Below, in pieces: positions 22,910-35,500 of a stretch of 39,744 bases of DNA. The stretch is from Nemertoderma westbladi (taxonomy: Eukaryota; Animalia; Xenacoelomorpha). The notes beneath the pieces were generated by a model. That model made no database searches. It was not told the origin of the DNA and saw only the letters and a program-made list of their open reading frames with translations. Location: the NCBI GenBank assembly GCA_032718475.1, contig JAUCBJ010001052.1, forward strand, positions 1-39,744, given 5' to 3'. A program made the position numbers and the translations under genes. Position 1 is the stretch's first letter. Each line of letters begins with the position of its first letter.

Positions 22910-25900
22910 ACAAAGTGAACCTTGTACTCAACCTGTAACAAAGAGAACCTTGTACTCAACCTGTAACAAATAGAACCTTGTAAACAAACTGTAACAAAGT
23001 GAACCTTGTACTCAACCTGTAACAAAGAGAACCTTGTACTCAACCTGTAACAAAGAGAACCTTGTACTCAACCTGTAACAAAGAGAACCTTGTACTCAAC
23101 CTGTAACAAAGATAACCTTGTACTCAACCTGCAACAAAGAGAACCTTGTACACAAGCTGTAACAAAGTGAACCTTGTACTCAACCTGTAACAAATATAAC
23201 CTTGTAAACAACCTGTAACAAAGTGAACCTTGTACTCAACCTTTAACAAAGAGAACCTTGTACGCAACCTGTAACAAAATAGAACCTTGTACACAACCTG
23301 TAACAAAGAGAACCTTGTACTCAACCTGTAAGAAATATAACCTTGTAAACAACCTGTAACAAAGAGAACCTTGTACTCAACCTGTAACAAAGTGAACCTT
23401 GTACTCAACCTGTAACAAAGAGAACCTTGTACTCAACCTGTAAGAAAGAGAACCTTGTAAACAAACTGTAACAAAGTGAACCTTGTACTCAACCTGTAAC
23501 AAAGAGAACCTTGTACTCAACCTGTAACAAAGAGAACCTTGTACTCAACCAGTAACAAATAGAACCTTGTAAACAACCTGTAACAAAGTGAACCTTGTAC
23601 TCAACCTTTAACAAAGAGAACCTTGTACGCAACCTGTAACAAAATAGAACCTTGTACACAACCTGTAACAAAGAGAACCTTGTACTCAACCTGTAAGAAA
23701 GATAACCTTGTAAACAACCTGTAACAAAGAGAACCTTGTACTCAACCTGTAAGAAAGAGAACCTTGTAAACAAACTGTAACAAAGTGAACCTTGTACTCA
23801 ACCTGTAACAAAGAGAACCTTGTACTCAACCTGTAACAAAGAGAACCTTGTACTCAACCTGTAACAAAGAGAACCTTGTACGCAACCTGTAACAAAATAG
23901 AACCTTGTACACAACCTGTAACAAAGAGAACCTTGTACTCAACCTGTAAGAAAGATAACCTTGTAAACAACCTGTAACAAAGAGAACCTCGTACTCAACC
24001 TGTAAGAAAGAGAACCTTGTAAACAAACTGTAACAAAGTGAACCTTGTACTCAACCTGTAACAAAGAGAACCTTGTACTCAACCTGTAACAAAGTGAACC
24101 TTGTACTCAACCTTTAACAAAGAGAACCTTGTACGCAACCTGTAACAAAATAGAACCTTGTACACAACCTGTAACAAAGAGAACCTTGTACTCAACCTGT
24201 AAGAAAGATAACCTTGTAAACAACCTGTAACAAAGAGAACCTTGTACTCAACCTGTAAGAAAGAGAACCTTGTAAACAAACTGTAACAAAGTGAACCTTG
24301 TACTCAACCTGTAACAAAGAGAACCTTGTACTCAACCTGTAACAAAGAGAACCTTGTACTCAACCTGTAACAAATAGAACCTTGTAAACAACCTGTAACA
24401 AAGTGAACCTTGTACTCAACCTTTAACAAAGTGAACCTTGTACTCAACCTGTAACAAAGTGAACCTTGTACTCAACCTGTAACAAAGAGAACCTTGTACT
24501 CAACCTGTAACAAATAGAACCTTGTAAACAACCTGTAACAAAGAGAACCTTGTACTCAACCTGTAACAAAGTGAACCTTGTACTCAACCTGTAACAAAGA
24601 GAACCTTGTACTCAACCTGTAAGAAAGATAACCTTGTAAACAACCTGTAACAAAAAGAACCTTGTACTCAACCTGTAACAAAGAGAACCTTGTACTCAAC
24701 CTTTAACAAAGAGAACCTTGTACGCAACCTGTAACAAAATAGAACCTTGTACACAACCTGTAACAAAGAGAACCTTGTACTCAACCTGTAAGAAAGATAA
24801 CCTTGTAAACAACCTGTAACAAAGAGAACCTTGTACTCAACCTGTAACAAAGTGAACCTTGTACTCAACCTGTAACAAAGAGAACCTTGTACTCAACCTG
24901 TAAGAAAGATAACCTTGTAAACAAACTGTAACAAAGTGAACCTTGTACTCAACCTGTAACAAAGAGAACCTTGTACTCAACCTGTAACAAAAAGAACCTT
25001 GTACTCAACCTGTAACAAAGAGAACCTTGTACTCAACCTGTAACAAAGTGAACCTTGTACTCAACCTGTAACAAAGAGAACCTTGTACTCAACCTGTAAG
25101 AAAGAGAACCTTGTAAACAAACTGTAACAAATTGAACCTTGTACTCAACCTGTAACAAAGAGAACCTTGTACTCAACCTGTAACAAAGAGAACCTTGTAC
25201 TCAACCTGTAACAAAGAGAACCTTGTACTCAACCTGTAACAAAAAGAACCTTGTACTCAACCTGTAACAAAGAGAACCTTGTACTCAACCTGTAACAAAG
25301 TGAACCTTGTACTCAACCTGTAACAAAGAGAACCTTGTACTCAACCTGTAAGAAAGAGAACCTTGTAAACAAACTGTAACAAATTGAACCTTGTACTCAA
25401 CCTGTAACAAAGAGAACCTTGTACTCAACCTGTAACAAAGAGAACCTTGTACTCAACCTGTAACAAAGAGAACCTTGTACTCAACCTGTAACAAAGATAA
25501 CCTTGTACTCAACCTGCAACAAAGAGAACCTTGTACACAAGCTGTAACAAAGTGAACCTTGTACTCAACCTTTAACAAAGAGAACCTTGTACGCAACCTG
25601 TAACAAAATAGAACCTTGTACACAACCTGTAACAAAGAGAACCTTGTACTCAACCTGTAAGAAAGATAACCTTGTAAACAACCTGTAACAAAGTGAACCT
25701 TGTACTCAACCTGTAACAAAATAGAACCTTGTACACAACCTGTAACAAAGAGAACCTTGTACTCAACCTGTAACAAAGACAACCTTGTACTCAACCTGTA
25801 AGAAAGAGAACCTTGTAAACAACCTGTAACAAAGTGAACCTTGTACTCAACCTGTAACAAAATAGAACCTTGTACACAACCTGTAACAAAGAGAACCTTG

Positions 25901-28510
25901 TACTCAACCTGTAACAAAGAGAACCTTGTACTCAACCTGTAACAAAGAGAAGCTTGTACTCAACCTGTAAGAAAGAGAACCTTGTAAACAACCTGTAACA
26001 AAGTGAACCTTGTACTCAACCTGTAACAAAATAGAACCTTGTACACAACCTGTAACAAAGAGAACCTTGTACTCAACCTGTAACAAAGTGAACCTTGTAT
26101 TCAACCTGTAACAAAATAGAACCTTGTATTCAACCTGTAACAAAATAGAACCTTGTATTCAACCTGTAACAAAATAGAACCTTGTACACAACCTGTAACA
26201 AAGAGAACCTTGTACTCAACCTGCAACAAAGAGAACCTTGTACTCAACCTGTAACAAAGAGAACCTTGTACTCAACCTGTAAGAAAGAGAACCTTGTAAA
26301 CAACCTGTAACAAAGTGAACCTTGTACTCAACCTGTAACAAAATAGAACCTTGTACACAACCTGTAACAAAGAGAACCTTGTACTCAACCTGTAACAAAG
26401 AGAACCTTGTACTCAACCTGTCACAAAGAGAACCTTGTACTCAACCTGCAACAAAGAGAACCTTGTACACAACCTGTAACAAAGAGAACCTTGTACTCAA
26501 CCTGTAACAAAATAGAACCTTGTACACAACCTGTAACAAAGAGAACCTTGTACACAACCTGTAACAAAGTGAACCTTGTACTCAACCTGTAACAAAATAG
26601 AACCTTGTACTCAACCTGCAACAAAGAGAACCTTGTACTCAACCTGCAACAAAGATATCCTTGTACACAAGCTGTAACAAAGTGAACCTTGTACTCAACC
26701 TTTAACAAAGAGAACCTTGTACTCAACCTGTAACAAAATAGAACCTTGTACACAACCTGTAACAAAGAGAACCTTTTACTCAACCTGTAAGAAAGATAAC
26801 CTTGTAAACAACCTGTAACAAAGTGAACCTTGTACTCAACCTGTAACAAAATAGAACCTTGTACACAACCTGTAACAAAGAGAACCTTGTACTCAACCTG
26901 TAACAAAGAGAACCTTGTACTCAACCTGTAAGAAAGAGAACCTTGTAAACAACCTGTAACAAAGTGAACCTTGTACTCAACCTGTAACAAAGAGAACCTT
27001 GTACTCAACCTGTAAGAAAGAGAACCTTGTAAACAACCTGTAACAAAGTGAACCTTGTACTCAACCTGTAACAAAATAGAACCTTGTACACAACCTGTAA
27101 CAAAGAGAACCTTGTACTAAACCTGTAACAAAGTGAACCTTGTACTCAACCTGTAACAAAATAGAACCTTGTACTCAGCCGGTAACAAAATAGAACCTTG
27201 TACACAACCTGTAACAAAGATAACCTTGTACTCAACCTGTAACAAAGAGAACCTTGTACTCAATCTGTAACAAAGAGAACCTTGTATTCAACCTGTAAGA
27301 AAGAGAACCTTGTAAACAACCTGTAACAAAGTGAACCCTGTACTCAACTTGTAACAAAATAGAACCTGTACTCAACCGGTAACAAAGAGAACCTTGTACT
27401 CAACCTGTAACAAAGAGAACCTTGTACTCAACCTGTAAGAAAGAGAACCTTGTAAACAACCTGTAACAAAGAGAACCTTGTACTCAACCTGTAACAAAGA
27501 GAACCTTGTACTCAACCTGTAACAAAGAGAACCTTGTAAACAACCTGTAACAAAGTGAACCTTGTACTCAACCTGTAAAAAAATAGAACCTTGTACACAA
27601 CCTGTAACAAAGAGAACCTTGTACTCAACATGTAACAAAGAGAACCTCGTACTCAACCTGCAACAAAGAGAACCTTGTACACAACCTGTAACAAAGAGAA
27701 CCTTGTACTCAACCTGTAACAAAGAGAACCTCGTACTCAACATGCAACATAGAGAACCTTGTACACAACCTGTAACAAAGAGAACCTTGTACTCAACATG
27801 TAACAAAGAGAACCTCGTACTCAACCTGCAACAAAGAGAACCTTGTACACAACCTGTAACAAAGAGAACCTTGTACTCAACCTGTAACAAAGAGAACCTC
27901 GTACTCAACATGCAACATAGAGAACCTTGTAAACAACCTGTAACAAAGTGAACCTTGTACTCAACCTTTAACAAAATAGAACCTTGTACTCAACCTGTAA
28001 CAAAGAGAACCTTGTACTCAACCTGCAACAAAGAGAACCTTGTACACAACCTGTAACAAAGAGAACCTTGTACTCAACCTGTAACAAAGAGAACCTCGTA
28101 CTCAACATGCAACATAGAGAACCTTGTACACAACCTGTAACAAAGAGAACCTTGTACACAACCTGTAACAAATAGAACCTTGTACACAACCTGTAACAAA
28201 TAGAACCTTGTACACAACCTGTAACAAATAGAACCTTGTACACAACCTGTAACAAATAGAACCTTGTACACAACCTGTAACAAATAGAACCTTGTACTTA
28301 ACCTGTAACAAAGAGAACCTTGTACTCAACATGTAACAAAGAGAACCTTGTACTCAACCTGTAACAAAGAGAACCTTGTACTCAACCTGTAACAAATAGA
28401 ACCTGTACTCAACCGGTAACAAAGAGAACCTTGTACTCAACATGTAACAAAGAGAACCTTGTACTCAACCTGTGTAACAAATAGAACCTTGTGCACATCC
28501 TGTAACAAAG
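22910..28510. repeat. 28-bp satellite, ~200 copies, with higher-order structure, inside the V-ATPase d intron
   Basis: Unit AACAAAGAGAACCTTGTACTCAACCTGT; the variant TACGC recurs at 23261, 23626, 23879, 24132, 24721 and 25590. Confidence 0.98.
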
Positions 28511-28634
28511 AATGTGGGTCGGGTGTCTGTGTGTGTAATGTTAAATGCTGTTTTTGATCTACCCACCGTGCCTTGCAGCCTTTCTTTCTAGTAAAATAAA
28601 TGGGTAAAAAACCATTAAAATGTATTTTAAGTAC

Positions 28635-29426
28635 CTGATCGTAATCGACGGCGCGGGCCAGAGCGGCCAGCCCCTCGGGGTGCAGTCGACCGCACCGGGG
28701 GAACAACTTGGCTCGATCGTCCTTGGTCAACTCAGTACCAAACGAGTTGATCGTTATAATGATCGCGCGACGGTCCGCTTCGAACGCGAGAATCTCGCAC
28801 ATAACGTCAGCAGTGATGCCCCCGAGCCCGCTGCAGAACGCGTGGAAATCCTCCAGGTAATTCTTGTACAGCGTATTCCGAATAATCTCGATATTCATTT
28901 CGTCGAGGTCCTGAACGAAGATGCAGTCGAGGAAGAATGCGGCGAGCGGGGTGTCCACAATGATGGTATTGTACAGTTCGGCTGGGGTCGAGATCGCCCC
29001 GATAGCTTCCATCTGCTCGAACTTACCCAACGGATGGCACTTCGGGGCTAATTCCGAGATTGATCGCTGATGGAGGGTGCCAGTAATTAGCAGAACGATG
29101 TTGTCTATCATGTAGCTGTAGGTGATGTAGTCGAGGAAGGTAGATAACGGTTCTACCGAGTGGTTTCGCAGGTGCTGGAATTCGAGGACTAACTTGTTTC
29201 TAAGTTTGTCGTCGATGACGCTGACAGCTAGAGGTCCCGGTTCGTTGGCCAGGAAGGTACCGTAGTCCGTGCTCTGCAGGTGAACTTTCAAATCCTCCAA
29301 AGTCTCGCATTGCACCAGATTTAGATAGTCGTTTTTGGTTAGGATGCCGTTCTTGAATCCGCGAACTAGTCCCTCCAGGTAGCCGTTATCAATGTTGAAA
29401 GTCGGCCCAGACATTCCCGATCCCAT
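28635..29426 (-). CDS. ATP6V0D1: V-type proton ATPase V0 subunit d (AC39), first exon, 264 codons; C-terminal part not found in the window
   Basis: [14 protein letters not shown]...[21 protein letters not shown]...YSYMIDN...KCHPLG...[17 protein letters not shown]...[18 protein letters not shown]. Homology stops at DYDQ followed by CAG|GTACTT; the ORF-track tail beyond this is intron read-through. Confidence 0.95.
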
Positions 29427-30324
29427 AACAGATATTTAGCCTTACCGCAGTTGCAGTACCGGTACCGGTAATAAACTTCTGAACTTGTGTTCAGTTCTGT
29501 AGTTGTTAAACGTTACGGGTACCTACTTCCAACTGCTGAACTGTCCAACTTCTACCGGTACTTCGTATTGCTGTATTGGCAGACTGCAGACTGGTACACC
29601 TGTACACTGACTGACTGACTTTTCTGGTTTTAGGGGGAGGTGAGATTGTTGGATTAGGGAGTAGCCAGCAGGTCGATGAGGATACGATTGTGGGGCGAGC
29701 CACGAAGTTGGCGGAGCCTTAGTGAACAGATACTGTCATTGTTAGGGCTGTAGGGGCGTGTCAATAATGGCAAATAGTTGTTGTGGTCGTCGTTACGATA
29801 TGGACATGCTACCATACCGGTAATAACTTTGTCGAATCTAAAGCTGTCGAGTTGAAAATTCGTAGGCATCAATAAAACCAAAAGTTGAGATTTATAGACT
29901 TTCAGACACCATCAATTCAACAGTCTCCCGGTAGAGGGCTACAAGCCTAACCAATAAATGTCCTAACATTTCTTTACCTTTAATCCGCTCGAGCTGAAAC
30001 TTGGAAAATTTGTACCAGACCATTAACTGTGTCATTTAAAGGAGGCTCCTGTGTCTGCAATTCTCTAGTCTGCTGCTAGAGGGCGAAATGTGTCAAAATG
30101 AAATTCGTTATTTATGATCCGTTCAAGCTGAAACTTGTCAGATGTCAGATGTGCTATAACACATCCGGTGTGTTTGTGGGGTTGGCAATTGGTCTACAGT
30201 TCTCCAGTCTGCCGCTAGAGAGCGAAATGTATGCAAGTAATAACCTCCCCATATTATATTGGTAGATATACATATGCTATAGACCGTAGACCATCATCCG
30301 GATGTGTCTTTGTTGGGTAGGTCA

Positions 30325-30605
30325 TGACCTACTATAGATACGACCCGCCAAGCTGCTGCAAAGCCCCTAAATTTAGTGGGCCAGTTATTTCTCTTAGATA
30401 GAACCCCTGAAACAATACGTCTAGCGCGTCGAAAGTACTTGTCCCTAACTAAAATTATATCCTCTTTCAGATGAGACAAATAAAAATTTAATAGCTCCAG
30501 TAGTTTACGAGATATGAGGAGTTCCTGGCACCCATACCATATCAGCACTTTTCGGAATTGATAAAATTACTTAAAATACATCACTCCTTCAAGACTTTGG
30601 TATAA
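30325..30605. repeat. Interspersed repeat pieces shared with 14007-14098 (direct) and 15215-15352 (inverted)
   Basis: CCCGCCAAGCTGCTGCAAAGCCCCTAAATTTAGTGGGCCAGTTATTTCTCTTA occurs twice; GGAGTTCCTGGCA and TCGGAATTGATAAAATT are mirrored near 15270-15330. Confidence 0.8.
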
Positions 30606-30619
30606 ATACTGTACATAAA

Positions 30620-31015
30620 ATTTCAAGCGGCAAAAAGCAAATTTGGTTGGATAACGATACTTATGAGTGTCATACTCGTGATCAGCGTCCCAGAAAACCC
30701 ATAATCGCATAAAACCAGCTTGATACGGTAATGATTTTTGATTCTCAAATTTGTGCTACATACTGTACTTGTATTTTTCGTGCCGCACATTGACATTGAC
30801 ACGTATCCAAAAAAAGCCGTGATCAACAAGGTAGGATATTTTTCAGTGTCATATTCGTGATCAGCATCCCAAAAAACCATATGTTCATAAAATCAATTTG
30901 ATTTCGTGGTGAGTTTTCGTTATCATATTTCCACTACTCGTTTTTTTGTGCTCCAAGGGCACAAATAACTGACTAATACTGTAACTAATATATAACAACA
31001 TGCCTATGTTGTTAA
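30620..31015. repeat. Copy of the GCTGATCACGA interspersed repeat family
   Basis: Colinear with 14630-15005. Confidence 0.8.
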
Positions 31016-31509
31016 ATCGTGACCAAAGAGCCAGAACAACACATACCACAATTTTTCAAAAAAAATTTTTTCACCAAAATTACTCTAATTACAATTACTA
31101 AGATGGCGTTCTACATCTTATGTTAAAATCCTAGACTTGTATGTCAGTCCGTTTAGGAGATATGAAAAACTAAAACAACCTTCACGACATAAAAGTTGAA
31201 AACTGTTAGAGGTAAAACAACACATACCACACTTATTCGAAGCAAAAGAACCCACACCACACAATGCAATGTATGGCAACTCCTGTATATTGTAAACGAA
31301 TCAAAAGAAGCCAAATTTTTCTGGAATATGTATTTAAATTAAGTTGATTAATATGAACTATTCCACACTACCTGACGCGATTTAAGTGGTAATATAGATT
31401 ACCGGTACAGTAATGTCGTTTATAGGATCTGATGATGAGCCTTTACGGCCAAAAAACAAGTCAACGAAAATGATACTTTTGTCATAATCTATTTGATTTT
31501 TAAATAATG

Positions 31510-31926
31510 TTAGTATTGAATCAAATCTAAAGGAACTCTGGGAGTCGGATATTGGCGTCCAAGTACAGTATGCATGTATCGTGGGGGATGCCGTGAGTTG
31601 GGGGCATGATCGTTGGCTGTAGGCATGGTGGGTGGTGCCAGAGGAATAGAAGCGCGGGGAAGCAACACCTTGATTAGGGCAGTAAGGCGCTCATCTGCAT
31701 GGCATGCATCCTCTCGGTGTTGTTCTTCAACAACTCGGCGGTATTCCTCGGTCTCACACCAATGCTGATCATCGGCAACCCATTGGTGATCGGTGAGCGC
31801 AAGGAACAGTTGGTCGTATGACACCCCGTTTGCGTGTGTGGTGCGTCTTGGGCGACACAGTAGCAGACACGTCGGACTGCGACAGCATTCCATCCTGGTC
31901 ATCGGTGGCTGGAAGTGTAGAGTCAT
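31510..31926 (-). pseudogene. GC-rich ORF remnant, possibly a decayed gag-like N-terminus
   Basis: Charged helical stretch (EEYRRVVEEQHREDACHADERLTALIKVLL) followed by a Pro-rich linker, in a GC-rich island; no diagnostic domain recognised. Confidence 0.3.
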
Positions 31927-33104
31927 GGGAGTGAGCCATGAGAGTCACGTAAGTTTATAATAATCGCAGTGCCATGTGATGATCCAGTGCGGATCGTAAA
32001 CACATTAGACTAAATCCTATGATGGAGCCTAAATTGGCCTTAACTCAGCCAATAACAGACCTCGTCAGACCATCTACAGAATTATTTGAATCCAGTATTC
32101 TCATTGGATGACAAAGGCTCCTTCACAAGGTATTAATATTATGTTGTGAGAGAGCTTTGTTCTTGCTAGGCAGATTGGGCTTGGGGTGGGAACAGAGAAC
32201 AGATACGAATAATCTATATGACAGTATGAACTGATGAATTGAATAGAAAATATGAAAGGTGACGCGTGTGGGCGTGAGTGGGGGAGCTACGATAAGTCTA
32301 CGTCTAGCCTCGGTGAGTCTTTAGCATATATTTTAAAACTATATTCCGGGACATACATGGTATACTGTGTGACATATTTTTTAGTTTGGTAGCCTTCTTA
32401 TGCAGTACAATTGAATACAATACATTCATTGAGTAGTCCCATAAGGGCCCAATTGAAAAGTTTATTGATGAATCAATAATCAATAACCAATCAAAAGTCG
32501 ACCGAAAAGTGAATCCTGGTATTCTTCACATGGGCGTTATAACCTGTACAAATACTAATTCGTTTATTGTTTTGGTTAGATTCAGTGGTTAGATTCAGTA
32601 ACCTGTATTTTTGGTGAAAACCTGGTATTCTTCACATGGCGGAAACTGCAACAAAGTGAAATATAACGGCAGAAAGTCTTGTATTCTTCACATGGGCCCA
32701 TGCGTGACCTTTAAGTTATTGGTAGTGTATTTAATAATCTTATATCGGTGTTAAGGGGGGGGGGGGGGGGGGGGGGGGGTTACACCATTTTGGTTAAAAA
32801 TATGTCGAATTTTTTTTTGGTCTATTATAATGCACGATTAAATGGTGTTTCCTAATCTGAAAACTGTGCAATCTATTATACTGTGCAATACATACATAAA
32901 TATACTATAATCAAGGACTACTCTACTAGAGAAAGTCCTTGACTATAATCTGTGTTGTGAACTGGTCGCTGAAATAATGGGACTACCCGTCCAGTGGCCA
33001 GCTCCACATAGACATCATATTTGTTATAATTTTATGTAATTTGTTAAATTTTTGCAGTCTATGTGTGAGAAATTGTAATATATCTTATCTTATCTTAAGT
33101 ACAC

Positions 33105-33558
33105 TTTCCTCTTATTATTCAGGTGCCTGGAGAGAGATCTGATTCCCAGATGGTATCCATTTTTGATAGAGCAACCCAAGCCTTTGCTTTCCTAACTTCT
33201 TTTGCTGCTCTCATCCACGACCCAAGGCACTGGAAGCCGATACAACTGGTCCAAGGTACTGGAAGTTTCAATTAACATTAAATGTCATGAACGCGGTATT
33301 GGTGGCATTTTTATGCAATCAAATCCTTTGCAGCCCTCTCCACTTTATTCAGTAGAAGATGTAACGTGTATTAAATGTCGGTGTCTGTGACTGAAGTTTC
33401 CGGATATATGCTACTTCTGCGTTCTTGTATAGTGTGAATCAAGATCTTATTGCGGCCGTCCTCATTGCATAATCCACTACAATTGTAAAGGCGCCAATGT
33501 ATCACCTTGCAGCACGCCAGCCAGGATTGAGAAGAACTCAGTTTCACCTGAGTTTCGT
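33105..33558 (-). mobile_element. Decayed RTE-type LINE reverse transcriptase fragment
   Basis: Minus-strand pieces GETEFFSILAGVLQGDTLAP, GLHKNATNTAFMTFN..NFQYLG and GSWM..KEVRKAKAWVALSKMDTIWES, with frameshifts. Confidence 0.85.
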
Positions 33559-34209
33559 GGGTGCGGGTCGATTCGGCCCTCGACCTATTCGCCCCAAGTC
33601 TATTCGCCCCAGATTTTAGGGACATATGGCAGTCAATTCGCCACATATAATTATAAATTATTTAATGTTCTGAGTCTGACTAATACGGTACTAATTTTTG
33701 TCAGCTTACGTCTTGTACAAAACTAATAGAAAACCCAACAAATCCGCATGATGATCAGGGATTTGATGATTGAATTGTTGTGAGTTGATGGTGCAACAAT
33801 AAACTGTTGGGCATAACTACATAATTACAGAACTGCAGAAAAGCAGATGTAGAATGAATCATGACTTATATGAGCAGGTTGACATATTTATTGTTTTAAA
33901 TATTTATCTAGCATGTCTTGTCTAGGCTACTGTCAGACAATGTACGCAATATACTACACAGCTGTACAGTACACGTAATTGTAATTTGTAAATTATCGTA
34001 TTACGAATTATTGAGTGTTATAATAATTAGACTTTTTGAATTAAAATGATAAAAAATTATACCTAGATAAGCTAAAAATATTTGAACAGTGATAGTTAGT
34101 TATAGTATAGACCATATTCATTATTATATTGCATACTGTATATTATACAGTATTACTGGGACGAATAGACTTGGTGCGAATAGGTCTAGGGGCGAATCGA
34201 CCCGCACCC
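33559..34209. mobile_element. MULE-like MITE inserted in the LINE fragment
   Basis: TIR GGGTGCGGGTCGATTCG / CGAATCGACCCGCACCC, 15-bp subterminal repeats, perfect 9-bp TSD GAGTTTCGT (33550-33558 and 34210-34218). Confidence 0.93.
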
Positions 34210-34226
34210 GAGTTTCGTGACTTATC

Positions 34227-34831
34227 GGTCTACTAGGATCGGCATGCTGCATTGCAGCTGCATTTTTAAGAATGCTGTGCCGGCTTGTCAACAAAATTGC
34301 ACCGCCACAACTCCCTATCACCCATGACATTTGCTAGATCATCCGCATCTTCAAGGCCAGTGTCCTTTAAGATGCGTCTCAAGAAAGTCATGGGCTGTCC
34401 ACCATGCTTATTCACTCCATGAGGCTGCCATGAGCTTTAAACACTCAGGTATTTTAAAGACCTCAGGGGGAACACCATCTACTCCACTGGCACGATTGGT
34501 CTTAATGCTCTTTGCAGCAGCCTTCACTTCTGCAAAGGAGATATCGCCAATGGGAATATCTGGGAGTACAGACTCAGACACTTTTACTTCTATAAAGTTA
34601 TCAGGCAATACCCTGTCATTATTGAGGAGCTTTTCAAAGTGGGCTTTCCAACCAATGAGGCAATCGGCTGGTGATTCAGCCTTAACCTTGGTGGTTGGTT
34701 GGCTTTTCCGCCCAGTAAGCAAATTGATCGATTTCCATGCCTGGGATGATTTCCTGCTGTCGTCAGCATCATTGATGGCATCAACCTGTTGGTTTATTAG
34801 CTCCTGTAGATTAACAGAGTACTGCCGATAA
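34227..34831 (-). mobile_element. Internally deleted RTE-type LINE (pre-RT region fused to ORF C-terminus)
   Basis: AWKSINLLTGRK...WKAHFEKLLN...EVKAAAKSIKTNRASGVDGVPPEVFK, then directly QPMTFLRRILKDTGLEDADDLANVMGDRELWR. Confidence 0.85.
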
Positions 34832-35500
34832 GTACTAATTAAGGGAAAGGAGCAGGTTACAGAGGAATGTAATTATTTTAACCAAATCAATAAACGGGGA
34901 TCATAGAACAGATTACAGTTACATAATCACCTAGACAATTGTATTTATTTATCGGGCGTTGATTGGTCTGTACGAAATTTGCTGCGTAGAGAAATGTGTG
35001 CATCATTACTTAAATCCCTTTCTTTCTCCGTTTGAGACTTCACTCTTATTGTAATTTCTATTCACTCTATATTCTGGCTTGACCTCTGGAGAATAATTTT
35101 CTGAAGTGAAACCCATTAATAAGCCTACGTAACAGGTTGCTACGGAATAGGTTGCTTTATAGTACAGTAGAAGCAGGACAAAAGGTGTCCAAATAAATGG
35201 AACCCGGAAAAAAGTTAGAGTTCATACCCATAGGGTTCTATTTGGACCCTACAAGCATGTGGAAGTCGTCCTTCAATATCAATAATAATAAAATATAGCT
35301 GCTCATGGGATTACTTAATTAACTTATATTGCTAATGTAGGTTTCCAGTTGAATCTTAGTTGAATTTTCATTGTAATCTATCAAAAAAATTGAGTTCTCA
35401 CTCAAAAAAATGAGTTTTTATTAGAAACACCCCGACATGAGTGTGAGTTATTGACTATGTCATAATTAACGTAAATAAAATAATAAATAGAAAATCTTAA

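Noticed and set aside
23124-28332. Many 60-217 aa ORFs in the 28-bp array
   Set aside because: Translations of a tandem repeat with stops in the cycle; not independent genes.
28437-28634. C-terminal 65 aa of the 329-aa ORF
   Set aside because: Homology ends at a CAG|GT donor; the rest is AT-rich intron running into the satellite.
28620-29051. 143-aa plus-strand ORF
   Set aside because: Antisense to the V-ATPase d exon; no independent support.
31425-31468. Possible third hammerhead (CTGATGATGAGCC...GGCC AAAA...GTC)
   Set aside because: The GAAA core is absent and stem I does not pair; at best a dead relic.
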